From the NCBI GenBank assembly GCA_044892525.1, contig CM097885.1, positions 234,424,001-234,488,000 on the forward strand: DNA of 64,000 nt, written 5' to 3'. The stretch comes from Schmidtea polychroa. Its lineage: Eukaryota. The translations under genes were made by a program, and so were the position numbers. Within the stretch, counting starts at the first letter, position 1. Every line of letters starts with the position of its first letter. Below, one piece after another: positions 49,026 to 64,000 of this stretch. The notes under the pieces are model-generated. The model was not told where the DNA came from. It worked only from the letters and a program-made list of their open reading frames with translations, and ran no database searches.

Positions 49026-52000
49026 TTTTATTTTTTCGATAATTTTCAATACTTATCAATTTTCTAACAAAATGGTATATTCTTGATAAATAATCATTTG
49101 CTGAATCCGTATTTTCTACGAGGAGTTTAATTTCAAAATACTAATCATTCAAATAATAATTGCGCTCAATTATATACAATTTTGTCGAATAGTCGTGTCA
49201 ATTGATTTGATAATAAATTTTGATGTACTAATGTAATATTAGTTAACATGTTTTGTTCAAATCTTATATAGTCAATTTCTAATGGATCTTATATCGTATC
49301 ATCTCAAATTCTTGGAATGGAATATCAACACCATCTTCAGTCACAGTTAAATCTCGTAAAAATACATCGGAAATAAAAGATGTATACAGAGCTTTTTAGC
49401 GGATATTGGTCATAAAATTATCTTTAAATTTATCTTCAATAAAAGAACCAATTATCCTTTCAATAATTTCTTCATTTTTTTCATTAATTATCAATTTTCT
49501 AATTAAATGGTATATTTTTGTTAAATAATCTGATGCTGAATCGGTATTTTCAACGAGTATTTTAATTCCGAAAAAACTAGTATTCAAATAATCATTGAGC
49601 ACAATTATATATTTTTTAAAATTTGCAAAAGGAGAATTTCGATTACGTGCTTTGATACTATTTAATATATATTCCAAATCCACAGGTGTTTTTCTTATAT
49701 ATTTTATCAGTTTGCGGTTGATATTTCTAATACAGGATCTAAAACGAAGTTTATAAAATTCTTGTTTCAGATTAAATAATCTCATATAATCTATAAATAA
49801 ATCCAATTCAAGTCTGTCAAGCGGGCAATGAGTATAATCATTTAACCAATGTAAGAAACAATTAGTACAAAACGAATGGTTACAGCCAGTAGTTATAAAC
49901 AATTCAATAGCTAATTCATCGTAGCAAACAGTACATTCCATTTTTATTTTTTCGATAATTTTCAATACTTATCAATTTTCTAACAAAATGGTATATTCTT
50001 GATAAATAATCATTTGCTGAATCCGTATTTTCTACGAGGAGTTTAATTTCAAAATACTAATCATTCAAATAATAATTGCGCTCAATTATATACAATTTTG
50101 TCGAATAGTCGTGTCAATTGATTTGATAATAAATTTTGATGTACTAATGTAATATTAGTTAACATGTTTTGTTCAAATCTTATATAGTCAATTTCTAATG
50201 GATCTAATATCGTATCATCTCAAATTCTTGGAATGGAATATCAACACCATCTTCAGTCACAGTTAAATCTCGTAAAAATACATCGGAAATAAAAGATGTA
50301 TACAGAGCTTTTTAGCGGATATTGGTCATAAAATTATCTTTAAATTTATCTTCAATAAAAGAACCAATTATCCTTTCAATAATTTCTTCATTTTTTTCAT
50401 TAATTATCAATTTTCTATTTAAATGGTATATTTTTGTTAAATAATCTGATGCTGAATCGGTATTTTCAACGAGTATTTTAATTCCGAAAAAACTAGTATT
50501 CAAATAATCATTGAGCACAATTATATATTTTTTAAAATTTGCAAAAGGAGAATTTCGATTACGTGCTTTGATACTATTTAATATATATTCCAAATCCACA
50601 GGTGTTTTTCTTATATATTTTATCAGTTTGCGGTTGATATTTCTAATACAGGATCTAAAACGAAGTTTATAAAATTCTTGTTTCAGATTAAATAATCTCA
50701 TATAATCTATAAATAAATCCAATTCAAGTCTGTCAAGCGGGCAATGAGTATAATCATTTAACCAATGTAAGAAACAATTAGTACAAAACGAATGGTTACA
50801 GCCAGTAGTTATAAACAATTCAATAGCTAATTCATCGTAGCAAACAGTACATTCCATTTTTATTTTTTCGATAATTTTCAATACTTATCAATTTTCTAAC
50901 AAAATGGTATATTCTTGATAAATAATCATTTGCTGAATCCGTATTTTCTACGAGGAGTTTAATTTCAAAATACTAATCATTCAAATAATAATTGCGCTCA
51001 ATTATATACAATTTTGTCGAATAGTCGTGTCAATTGATTTGATAATAAATTTTGATGTACTAATGTAATATTAGTTAACATGTTTTGTTCAAATCTTATA
51101 TAGTCAATTTCTAATGGATCTAATATCGTATCATCTCAAATTCTTGGAATGGAATATCAACACCATCTTCAGTCACAGTTAAATCTCGTAAAAATACATC
51201 GGAAATAAAAGATGTATACAGAGCTTTTTAGCGGATATTGGTCATAAAATTATCTTTAAATTTATCTTCAATAAAAGAACCAATTATCCTTTCAATAATT
51301 TCTTCATTTTTTTCATTAATTATCAATTTTCTAATTAAATGGTATATTTTTGTTAAATAATCTGATGCTGAATCGGTATTTTCAACGAGTATTTTAATTC
51401 CGAAAAAACTAGTATTCAAATAATCATTGAGCACAATTATATATTTTTTAAAATTTGCAAAAGGAGAATTTCGATTACGTGCTTTGATACTATTTAATAT
51501 ATATTCCAAATCCACAGGTGTTTTTCTTATATATTTTATCAGTTTGCGGTTGATATTTCTAATACAGGATCTAAAACGAAGTTTATAAAATTCTTGTTTC
51601 AGATTAAATAATCTCATATAATCTATAAATAAATCCAATTCAAGTCTGTCAAGCGGGCAATGAGTATAATCATTTAACCAATGTAAGAAACAATTAGTAC
51701 AAAACGAATGGTTACAGCCAGTAGTTATAAACAATTCAATAGCTAATTCATCGTAGCAAACAGTACATTCCATTTTTATTTTTTCGATAATTTTCAATAC
51801 TTATCAATTTTCTAACAAAATGGTATATTCTTGATAAATAATCATTTGCTGAATCCGTATTTTCTACGAGGAGTTTAATTTCAAAATACTAATCATTCAA
51901 ATAATAATTGCGCTCAATTATATACAATTTTGTCGAATAGTCGTGTCAATTGATTTGATAATAAATTTTGATGTACTAATGTAATATTAGTTAACATGTT

Positions 52001-55000
52001 TTGTTCAAATCTTATATAGTCAATTTCTAATGGATCTAATATCGTATCATCTCAAATTCTTGGAATGGAATATCAACACCATCTTCAGTCACAGTTAAAT
52101 CTCGTAAAAATACATCGGAAATAAAAGATGTATACAGAGCTTTTTAGCGGATATTGGTCATAAAATTATCTTTAAATTTATCTTCAATAAAAGAACCAAT
52201 TATCCTTTCAATAATTTCTTCATTTTTTTCATTAATTATCAATTTTCTAATTAAATGGTATATTTTTGTTAAATAATCTGATGCTGAATCGGTATTTTCA
52301 ACGAGTATTTTAATTCCGAAAAAACTAGTATTCAAATAATCATTGAGCACAATTATATATTTTTTAAAATTTGCAAAAGGAGAATTTCGATTACGTGCTT
52401 TGATACTATTTAATATATATTCCAAATCCACAGGTGTTTTTCTTATATATTTTATCAGTTTGCGGTTGATATTTCTAATACAGGATCTAAAACGAAGTTT
52501 ATAAAATTCTTGTTTCAGATTAAATAATCTCATATAATCTATAAATAAATCCAATTCAAGTCTGTCAAGCGGGCAATGAGTATAATCATTTAACCAATGT
52601 AAGAAACAATTAGTACAAAACGAATGGTTACAGCCAGTAGTTATAAACAATTCAATAGCTAATTCATCGTAGCAAACAGTACATTCCATTTTTATTTTTT
52701 CGATAATTTTCAATACTTATCAATTTTCTAACAAAATGGTATATTCTTGATAAATAATCATTTGCTGAATCCGTATTTTCTACGAGGAGTTTAATTTCAA
52801 AATACTAATCATTCAAATAATAATTGCGCTCAATTATATACAATTTTGTCGAATAGTCGTGTCAATTGATTTGATAATAAATTTTGATGTACTAATGTAA
52901 TATTAGTTAACATGTTTTGTTCAAATCTTATATAGTCAATTTCTAATGGATCTTATATCGTATCATCTCAAATTCTTGGAATGGAATATCAACACCATCT
53001 TCAGTCACAGTTAAATCTCGTAAAAATACATCGGAAATAAAAGATGTATACAGAGCTTTTTTGCGGATATTGGTCATAAAATTATCTTTAAATTTATCTT
53101 CAATAAAAGAACCAATTATCCTTTCAATAATTTCTTCATTTTTTTCATTAATTATCAATTTTCTAATTAAATGGTATATTTTTGTTAAATAATCTGATGC
53201 TGAATCGGTATTTTCAACGAGTATTTTAATTCCGAAAAAACTAGTATTCAAATAATCATTGAGCACAATTATATATATTTTAAAATTTGCAAAAGGAGAA
53301 TTTCGATTACGTGCTTTGATACTATTTAATATATATTCCAAATCCACAGGTGTTTTTCTTATATATTTTATCAGTTTGCGGTTGATATTTCTAATACAGG
53401 ATCTAAAACGAAGTTTATAAAATTCTTGTTTCAGATTAAATAATCTCATATAATCTATAAATAAATCCAATTCAAGTCTGTCAAGCGGGCAATGAGTATA
53501 ATCATTTAACCAATGTAAGAAACAATTAGTACAAAACGAATGGTTACAGCCAGTAGTTATAAACAATTCAATAGCTAATTCATCGTAGCAAACAGTACAT
53601 TCCATTTTTATTTTTTCGATAATTTTCAATACTTATCAATTTTCTAACAAAATGGTATATTCTTGATAAATAATCATTTGCTGAATCCGTATTTTCTACG
53701 AGGAGTTTAATTTCAAAATACTAATCATTCAAATAATAATTGCGCTCAATTATATACAATTTTGTCGAATAGTCGTGTCAATTGATTTGATAATAAATTT
53801 TGATGTACTAATGTAATATTAGTTAACATGTTTTGTTCAAATCTTATATAGTCAATTTCTAATGGATCTAATATCGTATCATCTCAAATTCTTGGAATGG
53901 AATATCAACACCATCTTCAGTCACAGTTAAATCTCGTAAAAATACATCGGAAATAAAAGATGTATACAGAGCTTTTTTGCGGATATTGGTCATAAAATTA
54001 TCTTTAAATTTATCTTCAATAAAAGAACCAATTATCCTTTCAATAATTTCTTCATTTTTTTCATTAATTATCAATTTTCTAATTAAATGGTATATTTTTG
54101 TTAAATAATCTGATGCTGAATCGGTATTTTCAACGAGTATTTTAATTCCGAAAAAACTAGTATTCAAATAATCATTGAGCACAATTATATATTTTTTAAA
54201 ATTTGCAAAAGGAGAATTTCGATTACGTGCTTTGATACTATTTAATATATATTCCAAATCCACAGGTGTTTTTCTTATATATTTTATCAGTTTGCGGTTG
54301 ATATTTCTAATACAGTATCTAAAACGAAGTTTATAAAATTCTTGTTTCAGATTAAATAATCTCATATAATCTATAAATAAATCCAATTCAAGTCTGTCAA
54401 GCGGGCAATGAGTATAATCATTTAACCAATGTAAGAAACAATTAGTACAAAACGAATGGTTACAGCCAGTAGTTATAAACAATTCAATAGCTAATTCATC
54501 GTAGCAAACAGTACATTCCATTTTTATTTTTTCGATAATTTTCAATACTTATCAATTTTCTAACAAAATGGTATATTCTTGATAAATAATCATTTGCTGA
54601 ATCCGTATTTTCTACGAGGAGTTTAATTTCAAAATACTAATCATTCAAATAATAATTGCGCTCAATTATATACAATTTTGTCGAATAGTCGTGTCAATTG
54701 ATTTGATAATAAATTTTGATGTACTAATGTAATATTAGTTAACATGTTTTGTTCAAATCTTATATAGTCAATTTCTAATGGATCTAATATCGTATCATCT
54801 CAAATTCTTGGAATGGAATATCAACACCATCTTCAGTCACAGTTAAATCTCGTAAAAATACATCGGAAATAAAAGATGTATACAGAGCTTTTTAGCGGAT
54901 ATTGGTCATAAAATTATCTTTAAATTTATCTTCAATAAAAGAACCAATTATCCTTTCAATAATTTCTTCATTTTTTTCATTAATTATCAATTTTCTAATT

Positions 55001-58000
55001 AAATGGTATATTTTTGTTAAATAATCTGATGCTGAATCGGTATTTTCAACGAGTATTTTAATTCCGAAAAAACTAGTATTCAAATAATCATTGAGCACAA
55101 TTATATATTTTTTAAAATTTGCAAAAGGAGAATTTCGATTACGTGCTTTGATACTATTTAATATATATTCCAAATCCACAGGTGTTTTTCTTATATATTT
55201 TATCAGTTTGCGGTTGATATTTCTAATACAGGATCTAAAACGAAGTTTATAAAATTCTTGTTTCAGATTAAATAATCTCATATAATCTATAAATAAATCC
55301 AATTCAAGTCTGTCAAGCGGGCAATGAGTATAATCATTTAACCAATGTAAGAAACAATTAGTACAAAACGAATGGTTACAGCCAGTAGTTATAAACAATT
55401 CAATAGCTAATTCATCGTAGCAAACAGTACATTCCATTTTTATTTTTTCGATAATTTTCAATACTTATCAATTTTCTAACAAAATGGTATATTCTTGATA
55501 AATAATCATTTGCTGAATCCGTATTTTCTACGAGGAGTTTAATTTCAAAATACTAATCATTCAAATAATAATTGCGCTCAATTATATACAATTTTGTCGA
55601 ATAGTCGTGTCAATTGATTTGATAATAAATTTTGATGTACTAATGTAATATTAGTTAACATGTTTTGTTCAAATCTTATATAGTCAATTTCTAATGGATC
55701 TTATATCGTATCATCTCAAATTCTTGGAATGGAATATCAACACCATCTTCAGTCACAGTTAAATCTCGTAAAAATACATCGGAAATAAAAGATGTATACA
55801 GAGCTTTTTTGCGGATATTGGTCATAAAATTATCTTTAAATTTATCTTCAATAAAAGAACCAATTATCCTTTCAATAATTTCTTCATTTTTTTCATTAAT
55901 TATCAATTTTCTAATTAAATGGTATATTTTTGTTAAATAATCTGATGCTGAATCGGTATTTTCAACGAGTATTTTAATTCCGAAAAAACTAGTATTCAAA
56001 TAATCATTGAGCACAATTATATATTTTTTAAAATTTGCAAAAGGAGAATTTCGATTACGTGCTTTGATACTATTTAATATATTTTCCAAATCCACAGGTG
56101 TTTTTCTTATATATTTTATCAGTTTGCGGTTGATATTTCTAATACAGGATCTAAAACGAAGTTTATAAAATTCTTGTTTCAGATTAAATAATCTCATATA
56201 ATCTATAAATAAATCCAATTCAAGTCTGTCAAGCGGGCAATGAGTATAATCATTTAACCAATGTAAGAAACAATTAGTACAAAACGAATGGTTACAGCCA
56301 GTAGTTATAAACAATTCAATAGCTAATTCATCGTAGCAAACAGTACATTCCATTTTTATTTTTTCGATAATTTTCAATACTTATCAATTTTCTAACAAAA
56401 TGGTATATTCTTGATAAATAATCATTTGCTGAATCCGTATTTTCTACGAGGAGTTTAATTTCAAAATACTAATCATTCAAATAATAATTGCGCTCAATTA
56501 TATACAATTTTGTCGAATAGTCGTGTCAATTGATTTGATAATAAATTTTGATGTACTAATGTAATATTAGTTAACATGTTTTGTTCAAATCTTATATAGT
56601 CAATTTCTAATGGATCTAATATCGTATCATCTCAAATTCTTGGAATGGAATATCAACACCATCTTCAGTCACAGTTAAATCTCGTAAAAATACATCGGAA
56701 ATAAAAGATGTATACAGAGCTTTTTAGCGGATATTGGTCATAAAATTATCTTTAAATTTATCTTCAATAAAAGAACCAATTATCCTTTCAATAATTTCTT
56801 CATTTTTTTCATTAATTATCAATTTTCTAATTAAATGGTATATTTTTGTTAAATAATCTGATGCTGAATCGGTATTTTCAACGAGTATTTTAATTCCGAA
56901 AAAACTAGTATTCAAATAATCATTGAGCACAATTATATATTTTTTAAAATTTGCAAAAGGAGAATTTCGATTACGTGCTTTGATACTATTTAATATATAT
57001 TCCAAATCCACAGGTGTTTTTCTTATATATTTTATCAGTTTGCGGTTGATATTTCTAATACAGGATCTAAAACGAAGTTTATAAAATTCTTGTTTCAGAT
57101 TAAATAATCTCATATAATCTATAAATAAATCCAATTCAAGTCTGTCAAGCGGGCAATGAGTATAATCATTTAACCAATGTAAGAAACAATTAGTACAAAA
57201 CGAATGGTTACAGCCAGTAGTTATAAACAATTCAATAGCTAATTCATCGTAGCAAACAGTACATTCCATTTTTATTTTTTCGATAATTTTCAATACTTAT
57301 CAATTTTCTAACAAAATGGTATATTCTTGATAAATAATCATTTGCTGAATCCGTATTTTCTACGAGGAGTTTAATTTCAAAATACTAATCATTCAAATAA
57401 TAATTGCGCTCAATTATATACAATTTTGTCGAATAGTCGTGTCAATTGATTTGATAATAAATTTTGATGTACTAATGTAATATTAGTTAACATGTTTTGT
57501 TCAAATCTTATATAGTCAATTTCTAATGGATCTTATATCGTATCATCTCAAATTCTTGGAATGGAATATCAACACCATCTTCAGTCACAGTTAAATCTCG
57601 TAAAAATACATCGGAAATAAAAGATGTATACAGAGCTTTTTTGCGGATATTGGTCATAAAATTATCTTTAAATTTATCTTAAATAAAAGAACCAATTATC
57701 CTTTCAATAATTTCTTCATTTTTTTCATTAATTATCAATTTTCTAATTAAATGGTATATTTTTGTTAAATAATCTGATGCTGAATCGGTATTTTCAACGA
57801 GTATTTTAATTCCGAAAAAACTAGTATTCAAATAATCATTGAGCACAATTATATATATTTTAAAATTTGCAAAAGGAGAATTTCGATTACGTGCTTTGAT
57901 ACTATTTAATATATATTCCAAATCCACAGGTGTTTTTCTTATATATTTTATCAGTTTGCGGTTGATATTTCTAATACAGGATCTAAAACGAAGTTTATAA

Positions 58001-61000
58001 AATTCTTGTTTCAGATTAAATAATCTCATATAATCTATAAATAAATCCAATTCAAGTCTGTCAAGCGGGCAATGAGTATAATCATTTAACCAATGTAAGA
58101 AACAATTAGTACAAAACGAATGGTTACAGCCAGTAGTTATAAACAATTCAATAGCTAATTCATCGTAGCAAACAGTACATTCCATTTTTATTTTTTCGAT
58201 AATTTTCAATACTTATCAATTTTCTAACAAAATGGTATATTCTTGATAAATAATCATTTGCTGAATCCGTATTTTCTACGAGGAGTTTAATTTCAAAATA
58301 CTAATCATTCAAATAATAATTGCGCTCAATTATATACAATTTTGTCGAATAGTCGTGTCAATTGATTTGATAATAAATTTTGATGTACTAATGTAATATT
58401 AGTTAACATGTTTTGTTCAAATCTTATATAGTCAATTTCTAATGGATCTAATATCGTATCATCTCAAATTCTTGGAATGGAATATCAACACCATCTTCAG
58501 TCACAGTTAAATCTCGTAAAAATACATCGGAAATAAAAGATGTATACAGAGCTTTTTTGCGGATATTGGTCATAAAATTATCTTTAAATTTATCTTCAAT
58601 AAAAGAACCAATTATCCTTTCAATAATTTCTTCATTTTTTTCATTAATTATCAATTTTCTAATTAAATGGTATATTTTTGTTAAATAATCTGATGCTGAA
58701 TCGGTATTTTCAACGAGTATTTTAATTCCGAAAAAACTAGTATTCAAATAATCATTGAGCACAATTATATATTTTTTAAAATTTGCAAAAGGAGAATTTC
58801 GATTACGTGCTTTGATACTATTTAATATATATTCCAAATCCACAGGTGTTTTTCTTATATATTTTATCAGTTTGCGGTTGATATTTCTAATACAGTATCT
58901 AAAACGAAGTTTATAAAATTCTTGTTTCAGATTAAATAATCTCATATAATCTATAAATAAATCCAATTCAAGTCTGTCAAGCGGGCAATGAGTATAATCA
59001 TTTAACCAATGTAAGAAACAATTAGTACAAAACGAATGGTTACAGCCAGTAGTTATAAACAATTCAATAGCTAATTCATCGTAGCAAACAGTACATTCCA
59101 TTTTTATTTTTTCGATAATTTTCAATACTTATCAATTTTCTAACAAAATGGTATATTCTTGATAAATAATCATTTGCTGAATCCGTATTTTCTACGAGGA
59201 GTTTAATTTCAAAATACTAATCATTCAAATAATAATTGCGCTCAATTATATACAATTTTGTCGAATAGTCGTGTCAATTGATTTGATAATAAATTTTGAT
59301 GTACTAATGTAATATTAGTTAACATGTTTTGTTCAAATCTTATATAGTCAATTTCTAATGGATCTAATATCGTATCATCTCAAATTCTTGGAATGGAATA
59401 TCAACACCATCTTCAGTCACAGTTAAATCTCGTAAAAATACATCGGAAATAAAAGATGTATACAGAGCTTTTTAGCGGATATTGGTCATAAAATTATCTT
59501 TAAATTTATCTTCAATAAAAGAACCAATTATCCTTTCAATAATTTCTTCATTTTTTTCATTAATTATCAATTTTCTAATTAAATGGTATATTTTTGTTAA
59601 ATAATCTGATGCTGAATCGGTATTTTCAACGAGTATTTTAATTCCGAAAAAACTAGTATTCAAATAATCATTGAGCACAATTATATATTTTTTAAAATTT
59701 GCAAAAGGAGAATTTCGATTACGTGCTTTGATACTATTTAATATATATTCCAAATCCACAGGTGTTTTTCTTATATATTTTATCAGTTTGCGGTTGATAT
59801 TTCTAATACAGGATCTAAAACGAAGTTTATAAAATTCTTGTTTCAGATTAAATAATCTCATATAATCTATAAATAAATCCAATTCAAGTCTGTCAAGCGG
59901 GCAATGAGTATAATCATTTAACCAATGTAAGAAACAATTAGTACAAAACGAATGGTTACAGCCAGTAGTTATAAACAATTCAATAGCTAATTCATCGTAG
60001 CAAACAGTACATTCCATTTTTATTTTTTCGATAATTTTCAATACTTATCAATTTTCTAACAAAATGGTATATTCTTGATAAATAATCATTTGCTGAATCC
60101 GTATTTTCTACGAGGAGTTTAATTTCAAAATACTAATCATTCAAATAATAATTGCGCTCAATTATATACAATTTTGTCGAATAGTCGTGTCAATTGATTT
60201 GATAATAAATTTTGATGTACTAATGTAATATTAGTTAACATGTTTTGTTCAAATCTTATATAGTCAATTTCTAATGGATCTTATATCGTATCATCTCAAA
60301 TTCTTGGAATGGAATATCAACACCATCTTCAGTCACAGTTAAATCTCGTAAAAATACATCGGAAATAAAAGATGTATACAGAGCTTTTTTGCGGATATTG
60401 GTCATAAAATTATCTTTAAATTTATCTTCAATAAAAGAACCAATTATCCTTTCAATAATTTCTTCATTTTTTTCATTAATTATCAATTTTCTAATTAAAT
60501 GGTATATTTTTGTTAAATAATCTGATGCTGAATCGGTATTTTCAACGAGTATTTTAATTCCGAAAAAACTAGTATTCAAATAATCATTGAGCACAATTAT
60601 ATATTTTTTAAAATTTGCAAAAGGAGAATTTCGATTACGTGCTTTGATACTATTTAATATATTTTCCAAATCCACAGGTGTTTTTCTTATATATTTTATC
60701 AGTTTGCGGTTGATATTTCTAATACAGGATCTAAAACGAAGTTTATAAAATTCTTGTTTCAGATTAAATAATCTCATATAATCTATAAATAAATCCAATT
60801 CAAGTCTGTCAAGCGGGCAATGAGTATAATCATTTAACCAATGTAAGAAACAATTAGTACAAAACGAATGGTTACAGCCAGTAGTTATAAACAATTCAAT
60901 AGCTAATTCATCGTAGCAAACAGTACATTCCATTTTTATTTTTTCGATAATTTTCAATACTTATCAATTTTCTAACAAAATGGTATATTCTTGATAAATA

Positions 61001-64000
61001 ATCATTTGCTGAATCCGTATTTTCTACGAGGAGTTTAATTTCAAAATACTAATCATTCAAATAATAATTGCGCTCAATTATATACAATTTTGTCGAATAG
61101 TCGTGTCAATTGATTTGATAATAAATTTTGATGTACTAATGTAATATTAGTTAACATGTTTTGTTCAAATCTTATATAGTCAATTTCTAATGGATCTAAT
61201 ATCGTATCATCTCAAATTCTTGGAATGGAATATCAACACCATCTTCAGTCACAGTTAAATCTCGTAAAAATACATCGGAAATAAAAGATGTATACAGAGC
61301 TTTTTAGCGGATATTGGTCATAAAATTATCTTTAAATTTATCTTCAATAAAAGAACCAATTATCCTTTCAATAATTTCTTCATTTTTTTCATTAATTATC
61401 AATTTTCTAATTAAATGGTATATTTTTGTTAAATAATCTGATGCTGAATCGGTATTTTCAACGAGTATTTTAATTCCGAAAAAACTAGTATTCAAATAAT
61501 CATTGAGCACAATTATATATTTTTTAAAATTTGCAAAAGGAGAATTTCGATTACGTGCTTTGATACTATTTAATATATATTCCAAATCCACAGGTGTTTT
61601 TCTTATATATTTTATCAGTTTGCGGTTGATATTTCTAATACAGGATCTAAAACGAAGTTTATAAAATTCTTGTTTCAGATTAAATAATCTCATATAATCT
61701 ATAAATAAATCCAATTCAAGTCTGTCAAGCGGGCAATGAGTATAATCATTTAACCAATGTAAGAAACAATTAGTACAAAACGAATGGTTACAGCCAGTAG
61801 TTATAAACAATTCAATAGCTAATTCATCGTAGCAAACAGTACATTCCATTTTTATTTTTTCGATAATTTTCAATACTTATCAATTTTCTAACAAAATGGT
61901 ATATTCTTGATAAATAATCATTTGCTGAATCCGTATTTTCTACGAGGAGTTTAATTTCAAAATACTAATCATTCAAATAATAATTGCGCTCAATTATATA
62001 CAATTTTGTCGAATAGTCGTGTCAATTGATTTGATAATAAATTTTGATGTACTAATGTAATATTAGTTAACATGTTTTGTTCAAATCTTATATAGTCAAT
62101 TTCTAATGGATCTAATATCGTATCATCTCAAATTCTTGGAATGGAATATCAACACCATCTTCAGTCACAGTTAAATCTCGTAAAAATACATCGGAAATAA
62201 AAGATGTATACAGAGCTTTTTAGCGGATATTGGTCATAAAATTATCTTTAAATTTATCTTCAATAAAAGAACCAATTATCCTTTCAATAATTTCTTCATT
62301 TTTTTCATTAATTATCAATTTTCTAATTAAATGGTATATTTTTGTTAAATAATCTGATGCTGAATCGGTATTTTCAACGAGTATTTTAATTCCGAAAAAA
62401 CTAGTATTCAAATAATCATTGAGCACAATTATATATTTTTTAAAATTTGCAAAAGGAGAATTTCGATTACGTGCTTTGATACTATTTAATATATATTCCA
62501 AATCCACAGGTGTTTTTCTTATATATTTTATCAGTTTGCGGTTGATATTTCTAATACAGGATCTAAAACGAAGTTTATAAAATTCTTGTTTCAGATTAAA
62601 TAATCTCATATAATCTATAAATAAATCCAATTCAAGTCTGTCAAGCGGGCAATGAGTATAATCATTTAACCAATGTAAGAAACAATTAGTACAAAACGAA
62701 TGGTTACAGCCAGTAGTTATAAACAATTCAATAGCTAATTCATCGTAGCAAACAGTACATTCCATTTTTATTTTTTCGATAATTTTCAATACTTATCAAT
62801 TTTCTAACAAAATGGTATATTCTTGATAAATAATCATTTGCTGAATCCGTATTTTCTACGAGGAGTTTAATTTCAAAATACTAATCATTCAAATAATAAT
62901 TGCGCTCAATTATATACAATTTTGTCGAATAGTCGTGTCAATTGATTTGATAATAAATTTTGATGTACTAATGTAATATTAGTTAACATGTTTTGTTCAA
63001 ATCTTATATAGTCAATTTCTAATGGATCTAATATCGTATCATCTCAAATTCTTGGAATGGAATATCAACACCATCTTCAGTCACAGTTAAATCTCGTAAA
63101 AATACATCGGAAATAAAAGATGTATACAGAGCTTTTTAGCGGATATTGGTCATAAAATTATCTTTAAATTTATCTTCAATAAAAGAACCAATTATCCTTT
63201 CAATAATTTCTTCATTTTTTTCATTAATTATCAATTTTCTAATTAAATGGTATATTTTTGTTAAATAATCTGATGCTGAATCGGTATTTTCAACGAGTAT
63301 TTTAATTCCGAAAAAATTAGTATTCAAATAATCATTGAGCACAATTATATATTTTTTAAAATTTGCAAAAGGAGAATTTCGATTACGTGCTTTGATACTA
63401 TTTAATATATATTCCAAATCCACAGGTGTTTTTCTTATATATTTTATCAGTTTGCGGTTGATATTTCTAATACAGGATCTAAAACGAAGTTTATAAAATT
63501 CTTGTTTCAGATTAAATAATCTCATATAATCTATAAATAAATCCAATTCAAGTCTGTCAAGCGGGCAATGAGTATAATCATTTAACCAATGTAAGAAACA
63601 ATTAGTACAAAACGAATGGTTACAGCCAGTAGTTATAAACAATTCAATAGCTAATTCATCGTAGCAAACAGTACATTCCATTTTTATTTTTTCGATAATT
63701 TTCAATACTTATCAATTTTCTAACAAAATGGTATATTCTTGATAAATAATCATTTGCTGAATCCGTATTTTCTACGAGGAGTTTAATTTCAAAATACTAA
63801 TCATTCAAATAATAATTGCGCTCAATTATATACAATTTTGTCGAATAGTCGTGTCAATTGATTTGATAATAAATTTTGATGTACTAATGTAATATTAGTT
63901 AACATGTTTTGTTCAAATCTTATATAGTCAATTTCTAATGGATCTAATATCGTATCATCTCAAATTCTTGGAATGGAATATCAACACCATCTTCAGTCAC
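48261..64000 (-). repeat. 916-bp tandem array (at least 17 units) of truncated RING genes
   Basis: ORF starts at exact 916-bp spacing from 49049 to 63705; unit junction ...CTCAATTATATA|CAATTTTGTCGAATAG. Confidence 0.97.

Overview
Very AT-rich eukaryotic DNA made of nested tandem duplications. The main feature is a 13,334-bp Polinton/Maverick-type element (19357-32690) that is almost one giant palindrome. Two near-identical arms (6,410 and 6,556 bp) each carry a complete protein-primed B-family DNA polymerase (pPolB) gene, and the two genes point away from a 368-bp unique spacer. The element has 5'-AGTAGT...ACTACT-3' termini and a 6-bp target-site duplication (TATTCA), confirmed by an empty copy of the same site at 45612-45617. 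I see no integrase, capsid, packaging ATPase or separate protease gene in it. The pPolB can be reconstructed as a ~1,236-aa protein from 7 exons with six 41-50-nt GT-AG introns, all phase 1, behind a CCAAT/TATA/Inr-like promoter. The right end of a second copy, inserted at the same site, occupies 1-1520. The host sequence is a 13-18-kb tandem unit containing 3.7-4.6-kb subunits, each with an intronless RING-finger gene embedded in a decayed paralog and a possible reverse-transcriptase remnant. It ends in a 916-bp array of at least 17 truncated RING copies with a 5-unit higher-order repeat. All calls were made by eye; no database searches were run and the host organism is not identified.
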